A stretch of 64,000 nt of DNA from an uncultured Gammaproteobacteria bacterium (lineage in GTDB: Bacteria; Pseudomonadota; Gammaproteobacteria; JAURND01). A model generated the notes under the pieces. That model was not told where the DNA came from. It worked only from the letters and a program-made list of their open reading frames with translations, and made no database searches. Each line of letters opens with the position of its first letter. Positions within the stretch are counted from its first letter, which is position 1. The translations under genes were made by a program, and so were the position numbers. The stretch lies in contig CAVQQD010000001.1 of NCBI GenBank assembly GCA_963714975.1, positions 160,001 to 224,000 of the forward strand, given 5' to 3'. Positions 30,556 to 39,662 of this stretch are shown here, piece after piece.

Positions 30556-31466
30556 ATTTCCTTAATAATTCCTTTTTTTCCATGTTCACGGGTCACAAAA
30601 ACAATAGCATCAATAGTTTGTTGCACTAGATTTAGCGGTGGAGCTGCTAAACCTGCTTCCATGGCTAAATCAAGCACGCGTTGAATCGCACCCGTAGCAC
30701 TATTGGCATGTACAGTAGCAATTCCACCCGGACAACCTGTATTCCAGGCTTTTAACAGGGTGAGTGCTTCTTTGCCGCGAACTTCGCCAATTAAAATTCG
30801 GTCAGGGCGCATTCGCATGGCATCACGCAATAAATCATTCATATCAATCTCTTTGCTGGTAAACATATGAACTTTATTTTTGGCAGCACACTGCAGCTCG
30901 GGGACATCTTCCAAAATTACAAAACGTTGATTTTCATCGGACTTTACTGCTTCAAGAATGAGCGCATTGGTCACCGTAGTTTTACCTGCCCCAGGACCAC
31001 CACACACTAAAATATTTCGTCTTTGCTCTACTAACTCCCGCAGTATTTCTGCTTGTGGCGTAGTAATGCGCTGGCTGTTGACATAATCAGCCAAAGAAAA
31101 AAGAGTCGCTGAGCGTTTACGAATACAGAAACTCGGACTTGCAACTAATGGGGGAATTTGTGCGGTAAATCGCTCGCCACGTAATGCTAAGTAGCAAGGT
31201 AATTCCGCCTCAAGATGCGGGTGTCTCTCCGTAACCACTAATCCATGCAGACCAGCGATGGTATAAATAATTGCTAATGCTTGTATTTTATTGAGTTGAC
31301 TGACACAAAGTTGCCCTTCGGTAATGCTGTCAATCCATAATGAACCATCGGGATTTAACATGATCTCATGGACATTCGTATCCTGTAAGAATTGAATAAT
31401 CTCTGAACCCAAATCTAGATATAATTTTTGATACAAACGCTGTTGTGATTCGGTAAGGCTTTGCAT
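30519..31466 (-). CDS. trbB: P-type T4SS ATPase TrbB/VirB11
   Basis: EIMLNPDG, GGPGAGKTT, MRMRPDRILIGEVRG, LKAWNTG.PGG. Confidence 0.95.
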   Translation of the reverse strand: MQSLTESQQRLYQKLYLDLGSEIIQFLQDTNVHEIMLNPDGSLWIDSITEGQLCVSQLNKIQALAIIYTIAGLHGLVVTERHPHLEAELPCYLALRGERFTAQIPPLVASPSFCIRKRSATLFSLADYVNSQRITTPQAEILRELVEQRRNILVCGGPGAGKTTVTNALILEAVKSDENQRFVILEDVPELQCAAKNKVHMFTSKEIDMNDLLRDAMRMRPDRILIGEVRGKEALTLLKAWNTGCPGGIATVHANSATGAIQRVLDLAMEAGLAAPPLNLVQQTIDAIVFVTREHGKKGIIKEICTHPQLLEQCQ

Positions 31467-31653
31467 AGGTTACTCCAAAAAAAAGTAACCCTGTTGTACC
31501 AATTAATTGCAACTTGCGCTATACCGTAGTTGTTGCATTACGGCACATTTTCCTCTGTAGGGACAAAAAAAATTTTCCCCTCTGTAAGAGTTGTTTGGGT
31601 GTTAAAATAGCACATGTCGCGATGTGTCATGATGTGTCGCGATGTCGGGGATG

Positions 31654-31719
31654 CCTTCGGCCACCTTCTCCCAAATCCCCCTTTGAAAAAGGAGGGTAGG
31701 GGGGATTTGGGAGAAAGGG
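31654..31719. repeat. Composite family A/B palindromic element upstream of trbB
   Basis: ccttcggccaccttctcccaaatccccctttgaaaaaggagggtaggggggatttgggagaa. Confidence 0.8.
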
Positions 31720-31855
31720 ACACGAAAATCACTCTTCCCGAAAATCCGTTTCACCGCGAGAAATGCCAGCAATTAATTTTTGACATAGCTCCTGCGTGAG
31801 GGGTTTGGCGAAATACCCATTCAACCCTATTATTTGTGCGCGTTGATCACAGCCA

Positions 31856-32140
31856 CTATCTTTTTCACGTGCAGTTATTACCAACCCCCATTCCACACGC
31901 AGCCAATGACGGCAGAGGACTGCAACAGGGTAAGGTGAAAACGACAGTCAGAGGCAACATGTAAAAAGCAGTTTGGAAACAACCAACGATAGGCTAAAAT
32001 CAAAAACGTCATGTGGCTAACTCCGTTATGAGTTGTCATGTGGAAGTTCGGTGACGGATGGCTGAAACATCCGTACCGCGCGCCTCAGGTGTCACCACCT
32101 GAGGTTCACTATTATTCAACGGCTTTTAATTAAAAGCAAG
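31856..32140 (-). other. Promoter, two-hairpin leader and degenerate ORF; possible symE/SymR-like type I TA remnant
   Basis: TTGCTT-17-AATAAT, hairpins at 32083-32104 and 32049-32078, GGAG RBS, ATG 32012; shifted frame gives P.P...L..HWL.VE.GLVITA. Confidence 0.35.
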
Positions 32141-32176
32141 CTTAGGACTCCCCAGTTAGTAAGTATTAAAAAGTAA

Positions 32177-33478
32177 TTAGTCGTGCACCCAAGCCTCAAT
32201 GCCATATAAAGGAATTTCTCTAATAGAACCATGTTGCGAAAAAAGGTGTTCTGCAATTTTTAAACCATAAGGTGAGTTTGGATGCGACTCCAGGTACAGG
32301 TGTAGACTGCGCATACGACCCTCTTTGGCGGATTTTACTTCGACAGGAATAATCGCATTATTCTGTTCTACTAAAAAATCAACTTCCGCATTACTACCGC
32401 GCGATTCTCGATGCCAATAATATAACCCAGCTTTTTTATGTGACCCACCATAGGCAATTAATTCTTGTGCCACCAGTTGCTCCATAATCGGGCCAATATT
32501 CGCAACAGATAGAGAAGTTGATAACCAATTTCGAGTATCCAAACCTAACAATCGTTGTGCTAAACCGATATCAAAGAAAAACATTTTAAATTTTCGTTCA
32601 TTACTTTCAGCGCCTAAAGGTTGTTTATGGGCAGAAGTGTGGTAACAATAATGGACGACTCCTGCTTTTTCTAGCAACATTAGGGCGTGTTTTAATGGCA
32701 GGGTATGAGTATCGGAATCTATGCTCGTAAATTTAAATTTGCTACCTAATTGTCTTGGAACAGACATCAGTACCTTACTTAAATGAGGAATCTGACGGTT
32801 GGTGGCGTATTTATGAAAATCTTGCTGATAGGCTTCTAGGATTTCATCTTGAATTTCGTGACATAAAACTGGATCTTTCTGCTTAAGCCAAGCAGCAACT
32901 ACTGCGGGCATTCCTCCCAACCAACAATATATCTTTAAATATTCCAGGATTTTTTGGTGGATCACCGCATCCACTTTCTGCGTTAAAATGTATTGTCTCA
33001 AATCATCACGATCATTAGCGCTTAAAAATTCGGAAAAAGAAAGAGGATAAAGATACATAAATTGCACTCTTCCTACGGGTATGCCAATTTGTTGCAAAAT
33101 AAAATCAATGAGTGAGCCTGCGGCAATGACATGTAATTCTGGGAATTCTTCCTTGAAATAACGTAACGCAACTAGGGCATTAGGACATTCTTGTACTTCA
33201 TCAAAGAATACCAGTGTTTGACCTGGGATTATTTTTTGATGGGCATACAAAGCTAATTTTTCTAAGATGGCAGCTGCCTCTAAATCCCCAGAAAAAATAT
33301 CATGTGCAGTTTGGTCCCTTTCAAAATTAATTTCTAGGTAATTGGCGAATTGCTTGGAAAATTCCCGGACAACCCAGGATTTCCCCACTTGCCTTGCGCC
33401 ACGCAGAATGAGCGGTTTTCGGTAAGGATGGTTGATCCAAGTATTAAGTTCTAAGAGAAGGTCACGGTTCATTTGCAA
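32177..33478 (-). CDS. AAA_14 ATPase with C-terminal DUF4143 (PD-(D/E)XK-like) domain
   Basis: KPLILRGARQVGKS, FFDEVQ, GGMP, AEVDF, PVEVKS. Confidence 0.9.
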   Translation of the reverse strand: MQMNRDLLLELNTWINHPYRKPLILRGARQVGKSWVVREFSKQFANYLEINFERDQTAHDIFSGDLEAAAILEKLALYAHQKIIPGQTLVFFDEVQECPNALVALRYFKEEFPELHVIAAGSLIDFILQQIGIPVGRVQFMYLYPLSFSEFLSANDRDDLRQYILTQKVDAVIHQKILEYLKIYCWLGGMPAVVAAWLKQKDPVLCHEIQDEILEAYQQDFHKYATNRQIPHLSKVLMSVPRQLGSKFKFTSIDSDTHTLPLKHALMLLEKAGVVHYCYHTSAHKQPLGAESNERKFKMFFFDIGLAQRLLGLDTRNWLSTSLSVANIGPIMEQLVAQELIAYGGSHKKAGLYYWHRESRGSNAEVDFLVEQNNAIIPVEVKSAKEGRMRSLHLYLESHPNSPYGLKIAEHLFSQHGSIREIPLYGIEAWVHD

Positions 33479-33557
33479 AAAATCAAGGTTATTTTGAACA
33501 AGAACTTACTGAAAATCAGGGTTAATATGAGACGAAACATACTAAAAGTCAAGGTTA
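33479..33557. promoter_or_regulatory. Three 13-bp direct repeats at exact 33-bp spacing upstream of the AAA ATPase
   Basis: aaaatcaaggtta (33479), aaaatcagggtta (33512), aaagtcaaggtta (33545). Confidence 0.7.
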
Positions 33558-35303
33558 ACCGTCCCTCGGCCTGTCCGCGGGATCCAAGTCCCACACGATC
33601 AACTGCGCGCCTTCTTCCACTAAATCATCGGGTTTAAACAATAACTCTTTAATAGTTCCATCTATGGGTGCATATAAGGTGTGCTGCATTTTCATCGCCT
33701 CTAGCATGAGTAAACGCTCGCCTTTTCGTACCATTTGTCCTGGTTGAATAAATACCGCAGCAACCCTGCTCGGCATTGGAGCCAGGACATGTTGAGCACT
33801 ATCGGTCTCCGCTGCATGTGCTGGGTGATCATTTAGGCTTCGTTCCTGCAAAATATTATACTGCGGCGCCGGTAAGTTTAAGCGCCAGCTATCGCCTAAA
33901 TTCCAAGGGGAATTCGCTAGCTCGGACGTTGCTGTCAGGCGAGGTTCACAGAGCAAATCCTTGTGATGAATCGCAATAAAATTGCTAGTAATTTTCGCTT
34001 GAACAAAAGCAGGATATTGCACTATGGCTTTGAGTAAAGCTAGATTGGTGTGGACCCCATTAATTTGTACTTGCGTTAAAGCTTGAGTCAATTGAGCAAT
34101 GGCCATTTCACGATCATCACCCCAGGCAATCAATTTAGCTAGCAGTGGATCATAGTATATGCTGACCTTATCTCCTGCCTGCACTCCAGTGTCCACTCGC
34201 ACTTGGGAGTTTTCTTGGGGAAATTGGCAGTGTTTTAACACGCCAGTGGCAGGCATAAAATTTTTCCGTGGATTTTCGGCATAAATACGCGCTTCAATAG
34301 CATGGCCTTTGATGTGTAATTCATTTTGCCTAGTAATGGGCAGATTTTCGCCGAATGCGACGCGAATTTGCCATTCGACCAGATCGAGCCCAGTAATCAT
34401 TTCTGTGATGGGATGTTCCACCTGTAAACGCGTGTTCATCTCCATAAAATAAAATTGCTGGTCTGCATCCAAAAGAAATTCGACCGTACCTGCCCCCTCA
34501 TAATGAATAGCACGCGCTGCTTGTACTGCTGCTTCACCGAGTGCTTGACGTAACGTTCCACTGACGCCAGAGGCAGGCGCTTCTTCGATAATTTTTTGTA
34601 AGCGACGCTGAATAGAGCAATCACGCTCAAATAGATAAACGACATGACCATGGGTATCGGCAAAAATTTGTACTTCAATATGGCGAGCTTGTTGCAGATA
34701 TTTCTCAATTAATACCCGATCGTTGCCAAAACTAGCTTTGGCTTCGCTTTTGGCTTGTGCTAAATATTCTGCAAATTCCGTTGCTTGGTTTACTACTCGC
34801 ACCCCTTTACCGCCACCACCGGCGGTAGCTTTAATTAATACCGGGTAACCAATTTGAGTAGCTGCAGCTTGTAAAGTGGTGGGATGCTGATTTTCTGCAT
34901 TGGATCCAGGAATGACGGGCACTCCTGCTGCTTGCATTATTTGTTTTGCGTGGTCTTTTTCACCCATGGCTTGAATCGCTTCGGGAGATGGACCAATAAA
35001 ACAAAATCCAGATTCTTGGCATCGTGCTGCAAAATCAGCATTTTCGGAAAGGAATCCGTATCCAGGATGAATGGCTTCTGCCCCCGCTTCCTTTGCTGCC
35101 TGAATAATAGCAGCGCCATTCAGATAACTTTCCTGCGCAGGCGCGGGACCAATGCAAAAAGCTTCGTCAGCTAATTTAACGTGAGTAGCTTGAGTATCTG
35201 CCGAGGAATACACCACGACGGCCTTAATCCCAAGACGTTTTACGGTTTTGATTATGCGACAAGCAATTTCCCCGCGATTGGCGATTAATATCTTTTTAAA
35301 CAT
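33555..35303 (-). CDS. Acyl-CoA (methylcrotonyl/propionyl-CoA-type) carboxylase alpha subunit: biotin carboxylase plus carrier domain
   Basis: ILIANRGEIA, GGGGKG, RDCSIQRR, EMNTRLQVEHP, biotin motif EAMKM. Confidence 0.92.
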   Translation of the reverse strand: MFKKILIANRGEIACRIIKTVKRLGIKAVVVYSSADTQATHVKLADEAFCIGPAPAQESYLNGAAIIQAAKEAGAEAIHPGYGFLSENADFAARCQESGFCFIGPSPEAIQAMGEKDHAKQIMQAAGVPVIPGSNAENQHPTTLQAAATQIGYPVLIKATAGGGGKGVRVVNQATEFAEYLAQAKSEAKASFGNDRVLIEKYLQQARHIEVQIFADTHGHVVYLFERDCSIQRRLQKIIEEAPASGVSGTLRQALGEAAVQAARAIHYEGAGTVEFLLDADQQFYFMEMNTRLQVEHPITEMITGLDLVEWQIRVAFGENLPITRQNELHIKGHAIEARIYAENPRKNFMPATGVLKHCQFPQENSQVRVDTGVQAGDKVSIYYDPLLAKLIAWGDDREMAIAQLTQALTQVQINGVHTNLALLKAIVQYPAFVQAKITSNFIAIHHKDLLCEPRLTATSELANSPWNLGDSWRLNLPAPQYNILQERSLNDHPAHAAETDSAQHVLAPMPSRVAAVFIQPGQMVRKGERLLMLEAMKMQHTLYAPIDGTIKELLFKPDDLVEEGAQLIVWDLDPADRPRDG

Positions 35304-35416
35304 GGCGACAATCTAATATAATCTTTGGGGAATTGCTACGGAAAATGTAACTATTCACCGCATTGCCAAAGTTGGCAAAAACAGGCAGCTATGAGCCGAA
35401 AATTAGGGGCTACGAA

Positions 35417-36076
35417 ATGGAACTACTGCAGCTACTACAAACGATTTTAATCTATGCCATCCCGATTTTATTTGCTATTACCGTCCATGAAGTCGCTCAT
35501 GGCTGGGTGGCTAATAAATTGGGCGACCCCACTGCCCGTCAAGAAGGGCGCTTAACCCTCAATCCACTCAAGCATATCGATTTGATTGGCACGGTAATAG
35601 TGCCACTACTCTTGTTGCTATTTGCTGGTTTTGTTTTTGGTTGGGCAAAGCCGGTACCCGTGAATTGGTCTAACTTACGGCATCCCAAACGGGACTCCGC
35701 GGTGGTGGCAATGGCAGGACCAAGTGCAAACTTGGTGATGACGTTTTTTTGGGCGCTAATTTTAAAATTGGGAACCGTCCTCTATTCTGCTTGGACACCC
35801 GCTACTACTTTAGTCTTGTTGGGTCAAATTGGTATGCAGATAAATTTAGTTCTATTGGTGTTAAATTTAATCCCAATACCCCCGCTGGATGGCAGCCGTG
35901 TAGTTGCGAGCATTCTTCCGGTGCAATTGTCACTCGCTTACAGTCGGCTAGAACCATTTGGGTTTTTTATTTTATTGGCCCTGATTGCTTTTGGCGTACT
36001 GTCGTGGTTGATCCTTCCTGTGGTTATTTATCTGCAGCAGACAATAATGCATTTGCTAGCGATTACCTCTGTCTAG
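35417..36076 (+). CDS. Site-2 protease (peptidase M50)
   Basis: HEVAHG, NL.PIPPLDG; start moved to ATG 35417. Confidence 0.93.
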   Translation: MELLQLLQTILIYAIPILFAITVHEVAHGWVANKLGDPTARQEGRLTLNPLKHIDLIGTVIVPLLLLLFAGFVFGWAKPVPVNWSNLRHPKRDSAVVAMAGPSANLVMTFFWALILKLGTVLYSAWTPATTLVLLGQIGMQINLVLLVLNLIPIPPLDGSRVVASILPVQLSLAYSRLEPFGFFILLALIAFGVLSWLILPVVIYLQQTIMHLLAITSV

Positions 36077-36146
36077 AAAAAATCCAGGCGCTAGGGGGAA
36101 ATTATTTTTGTCCTCTACAGAGAAATCCAGGGCCGCCTCAATAATT

Positions 36147-36179
36147 GTTAATTTTCCTTTAATCTAGCAGTGATACAAT
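36147..36179 (+). promoter_or_regulatory. PmrA-like box with -10 element
   Basis: gTTAATTTT-cc-tTTAATCTA-N7-TACAAT upstream of the ankyrin gene. Confidence 0.65.
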
Positions 36180-36211
36180 CTGTTTTTGACGATGAGCAGA
36201 GAGTGTTAAAA

Positions 36212-37297
36212 ATGAGCGAAGAACAGCCCAGGGAATTATGTGAGGCGATCCTACAGGATGATCCAGGCAGAATTAGGGAGATAATTAACTCAAAGAAAGA
36301 GGATGTTAATAAAATATTTAATATATTCCCTCACGACGATTTAGTTCCTTTAACCTATGCAATCATTACAGGAAAACCAAACGCTGTAAAGGCTTTATTA
36401 GCCGTAGAGAATATAATTGTAAACCCCAAAGTAGGGACCTATCCTCCCTTAACTTGCGCAATGCACTATAGGCAATTCGAATGCTTCAAAATTTTATTAA
36501 CCGATCTAAGAGTTGATATCAATGCGTCTGACAAGAGTGAATACAAACACACTCCATTGACTTATAGTATTTGTAATACACGAAAACAATTTTTCGAGGC
36601 TTTATTAGAATCAAAAAGAGAAATTGATGTAAATAAACCTAGTGATTCTCTCATACCCACAGCAATTGAGCTTGCTGTCCAATATCGTGACCTAGATTAT
36701 CTGAAAAAATTATTACGCCAACCCGGAATAAAAGTACAGGGAGCAGCAAACTTATACGACGTTTCTTCACCTCCACTGGCTGAATTAATCAGATCCAAGC
36801 TTGATAATGATCAAAATCTCTCAAGAGCTGATGATTTGAGATTTTTAGAGCAGGCCATTGCATGTGGAAAATCAGATACAAATGAAAATAAATTAACAAC
36901 GCTCAAGCATGGCGGCACTACTTCATCATCAAAATTTTTTTCCAGCTCATCTCCCCCCAAAGATAGTCGCGATGTATTCACAGCTTCCCCTGGCAAATGT
37001 AAACGTGTACTGGGCACTTTCATAGTTGTAGTAACTCCTTTAATTTATATCACTGGGGGTATTGGCATCCCCTTGGGATTTATACGCAAACCTCAAGAGA
37101 CTTATGAAGCATTTGAAAAATTACATTTAAACGGGTTAATAGATAACATTTCGGAATCGACAGTGAACCAAGTGATGGCTGGGATGATAGCGGGGATTAT
37201 CTTCCTTGTATTGTTAGCTAGCGCTTATGCTTTAATTAAGAATAAGCCAGCTCCCACAGCAGGAATTGCGAATGATAATACTGCTTTTTTTTGTTAA
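36212..37297 (+). CDS. Ankyrin-repeat protein with two C-terminal TM helices (candidate Dot/Icm effector)
   Basis: Repeated (T)PL..A......V..LL....DIN units; start moved to MSEEQ because the upstream -10 lies inside the longer ORF. Confidence 0.82.
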   Translation: MSEEQPRELCEAILQDDPGRIREIINSKKEDVNKIFNIFPHDDLVPLTYAIITGKPNAVKALLAVENIIVNPKVGTYPPLTCAMHYRQFECFKILLTDLRVDINASDKSEYKHTPLTYSICNTRKQFFEALLESKREIDVNKPSDSLIPTAIELAVQYRDLDYLKKLLRQPGIKVQGAANLYDVSSPPLAELIRSKLDNDQNLSRADDLRFLEQAIACGKSDTNENKLTTLKHGGTTSSSKFFSSSSPPKDSRDVFTASPGKCKRVLGTFIVVVTPLIYITGGIGIPLGFIRKPQETYEAFEKLHLNGLIDNISESTVNQVMAGMIAGIIFLVLLASAYALIKNKPAPTAGIANDNTAFFC

Positions 37298-37299
37298 AA

Positions 37300-37662
37300 G
37301 GCGAGTTAGCCGATAAGCCGGGTTCTGTCGAGGACAATCATTTATCTGGGATGTATGTCACCACACACCTCAAGCAGCCTACCCGGATTCAATGCGGGCC
37401 GCATTTGCGTTGCTATAAATAGCAAGCGTGGATCCCTATTTGGTCTTGCTCCAGATGGGGTTTACCCTGCCACGACTGTTGCCACTCGCGCGGTGCGCTC
37501 TTACCGCACCATTTCACCCTTACCCTCGAAGAGGGCGGTATATTTTCTGTGGCACTTTCCGTAGGCTTGCACCTCCCAGGCGTTACCTGGCGTCTTGCCC
37601 TATGGAGCCCGGACTTTCCTCTACTCTGAGGTATTCAGAATAGCGACTGTCTAGCTAACTCG
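37300..37662 (-). ncRNA. rnpB: RNase P RNA (class A)
   Basis: Minus strand GAGGAAAGTCCGGGCTCC ... GACAGAACCCGGCTTATCGGC; complementary termini. Confidence 0.96.
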
Positions 37663-37700
37663 GGTTGGCAGTCTAGCATGAAGCTGTGCTAAAGGGGAAG

Positions 37701-38315
37701 CTAGGAGCACGGCGCCCGAGGCACTTGCTCCACTACACGAGAAGATTGCAAATCGAATATTACAATTCGTTTCAGGGGAATGTCCCAAGGTTGCGGGGTC
37801 AGCAAAGGTGTTTGTTGCAACGAATAAGCTAAGCCCACCAATTCCGGCTTTTGGTGATGTAACCGATAGCGTAAATAAGCAAAAGTTTTATCATAATAAC
37901 CTTTTCCAGAACCAAGACGATTGCCTCGCTCGTCAAATCCAACTAAAGGAGTAATGACTATATCCAATGCAAAAGGCTTGCAGGGATAATTCCGATTTAA
38001 ATAGGGCTCCAAGATACCATAGCGATTATGAATAAGTGGCTCATCTGAGCGATAGCGGACAAACCAAAGCGGCTGGTTTTTTAGCGGGTGACAAATGGGT
38101 AAATAACAAGCTTTACCCATAGTAAAAGCGCGTTCCAGCAGCGGGCTGGGATCAATTTCACCGCGGGTTGGTAAATAAAACCCAATGCGATCACTGCGTT
38201 GAAACCAAGCAGTACTGGCGATATACCCACATAGGCTAGCAGAGGCTAAGAGACGTTGAGAAAAAGAAAGCTGACGACGTTTAGCTAATAAAACTTGTCT
38301 TATTGGCTGGGTCAC
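37701..38315 (-). CDS. fau: 5-formyltetrahydrofolate cyclo-ligase
   Basis: GEID, GILEP, PLVGFD..G.RLG.G.GYYD; directly downstream of 6S RNA. Confidence 0.93.
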   Translation of the reverse strand: MTQPIRQVLLAKRRQLSFSQRLLASASLCGYIASTAWFQRSDRIGFYLPTRGEIDPSPLLERAFTMGKACYLPICHPLKNQPLWFVRYRSDEPLIHNRYGILEPYLNRNYPCKPFALDIVITPLVGFDERGNRLGSGKGYYDKTFAYLRYRLHHQKPELVGLAYSLQQTPLLTPQPWDIPLKRIVIFDLQSSRVVEQVPRAPCS

Positions 38316-38329
38316 TGCGTGCCTCCAGA

Positions 38330-38498
38330 GTACCGCCGCAGGGGGATCTTCTGAACCATTAAGTTCAGGTGGGGATATCGGATATGCATCAGGCTTAACC
38401 TACGCAGGTCATGCTCAACAGCAATATTCACGCAAAACCCCAAGGATCAAATATTGGTTCAAGAATAGTCACCTACTCGCAAATACCACAGAGGCGGG
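38330..38498 (-). ncRNA. ssrS: 6S RNA
   Basis: Conserved zapA-ssrS-fau synteny; CTTGAACC / GGTTCAG and CCTGAACT signatures; TATAAT at 38503-38508. Confidence 0.85.
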
Positions 38499-38515
38499 GC
38501 TCATTATACTGGAGA

Positions 38516-38788
38516 TCATTCAATGGGAGAAGGAATACTTGCTTTGGTAATCATTGCGTAGAGTTTTTCTAGGCGCTGATTGGTGGATAACAATTCATGA
38601 GCCAGATTTAGCGCCGTAATCACCACGAGTTTCTCTATATTTAATATCTTATTAGAATTTTGCGTGTCACACAGTTTTGTTTCTAAGTATTGAGCGCAAG
38701 CGCGGAGCTCGGCAATGTTTTCCTGCTGACATTTAATTTGATACTCTTTACCCAATAGAATCAGAGAAATAACGTTAGCTTCACTCAT
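38516..38788 (-). CDS. zapA: Cell division protein ZapA
   Basis: LGKEY.I.C, ALNLAHELL. Confidence 0.9.
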   Translation of the reverse strand: MSEANVISLILLGKEYQIKCQQENIAELRACAQYLETKLCDTQNSNKILNIEKLVVITALNLAHELLSTNQRLEKLYAMITKASIPSPIE

Positions 38789-38993
38789 GAATGTTTTCCT
38801 TTAAATGGCTAATGGTGGTTTTTATTTTTTTTATCGCCAGCTGATTGGTTTCTATCAGTTTTTCATGCTCATTTTTTAAGCTGGCAAGTTGCTGGCGCAA
38901 TTGTTGATTTTCGCACGATAATTGCTGAAGTTGATTGATTAATTTTTCCAACTGAAGTTCTAGGTTATCAAAAAGCAAAGCAGACATAATCAT
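38781..38993 (-). CDS. ZapB-like short coiled-coil protein
   Basis: Heptad coiled coil immediately upstream of zapA. Confidence 0.75.
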   Translation of the reverse strand: MIMSALLFDNLELQLEKLINQLQQLSCENQQLRQQLASLKNEHEKLIETNQLAIKKIKTTISHLKENIHE

Positions 38994-39004
38994 TCGCTAG
39001 AGAA

Positions 39005-39039
39005 AGTCAGCAGCCTGGAAAAAATAACAGGCTGCCGAC
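39005..39039. terminator. Hairpin after the HU gene
   Basis: gtcagcagcctg...caggctgccgac stem-loop. Confidence 0.55.
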
Positions 39040-39054
39040 CCAGTTTTTCGTGGC

Positions 39055-39474
39055 TTAAGAGACAATTTCTTTTAACTTTTTGAGTGGACGAATCTTTAAT
39101 ACGTTGCGAGCAGGTTTAGCAGGGAAAACTGTGGGTTGACCATTGAAAGGATTAATACCGCTGCGAGCTTTGGTAGCGGGTTTGCGGATAACTCGACACT
39201 TAAAAAGACCTGCAAAGTTGAATTCGCCCGGTCCTTTTGAGCTTAAATGAGCTTCCATGAGATGAACCACATGATCTAAGAGATTTTCAATTTCTTTTTT
39301 CTTAATATCTGTGAAAGATGCTAAGTGACTCATAATTTGCGACTTGGTGTAAGGCTTTTTGATCGATAAGGCTGCTTTTTTTACGGTTCCTTTCGGTTTA
39401 GCTATGGATTTGGTTTTAGTGGCTGCTTTCTGTGCAGGTTTTTTAGCCGCTTTTTTGGCTTTTTTAGCTACCAT
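39055..39474 (-). CDS. HU-family DNA-binding protein with Lys/Ala-rich N-terminus
   Basis: KPATKAR.GINPF.G....PAKPA. Confidence 0.9.
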   Translation of the reverse strand: MVAKKAKKAAKKPAQKAATKTKSIAKPKGTVKKAALSIKKPYTKSQIMSHLASFTDIKKKEIENLLDHVVHLMEAHLSSKGPGEFNFAGLFKCRVIRKPATKARSGINPFNGQPTVFPAKPARNVLKIRPLKKLKEIVS

Positions 39475-39617
39475 AAGTAAAAACTCCTCTAAAGTTGATG
39501 GAATGGGGTGACCCTAGTTACTTTTGTCCTATAAAAATAGGGCATTCAGATACTAAATCTAGATTCAGGCGAAACATACCACTTATGTAAGGAATTTGCA
39601 CGTAAATTATTGTAATA

Positions 39618-39662
39618 AAATCCCCCCTACCCCTCTTTGGAAAAGGGGGGTAGGGGGGGTTT
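39618..39662. repeat. Family-B hairpin at the pgi 3' end (possible terminator)
   Basis: aaatccccctaccc...ggggtagggggggttt. Confidence 0.7.

Noticed and set aside
16493-31466. RIT recombinases as the integrase of a trb-carrying ICE
   Set aside because: The RIT has its own tight boundaries (16380-19814) and a different base composition; no att sites link it to trb
22123-31580. Inverted ggggaaattatttttgtcccctacagag copies as terminal repeats of a trb transposon
   Set aside because: A third copy lies at about 36094-36122, so it is a dispersed repeat, and no transposase is present
37355-37643. ORFs of 69 and 71 aa
   Set aside because: They are antisense to RNase P RNA
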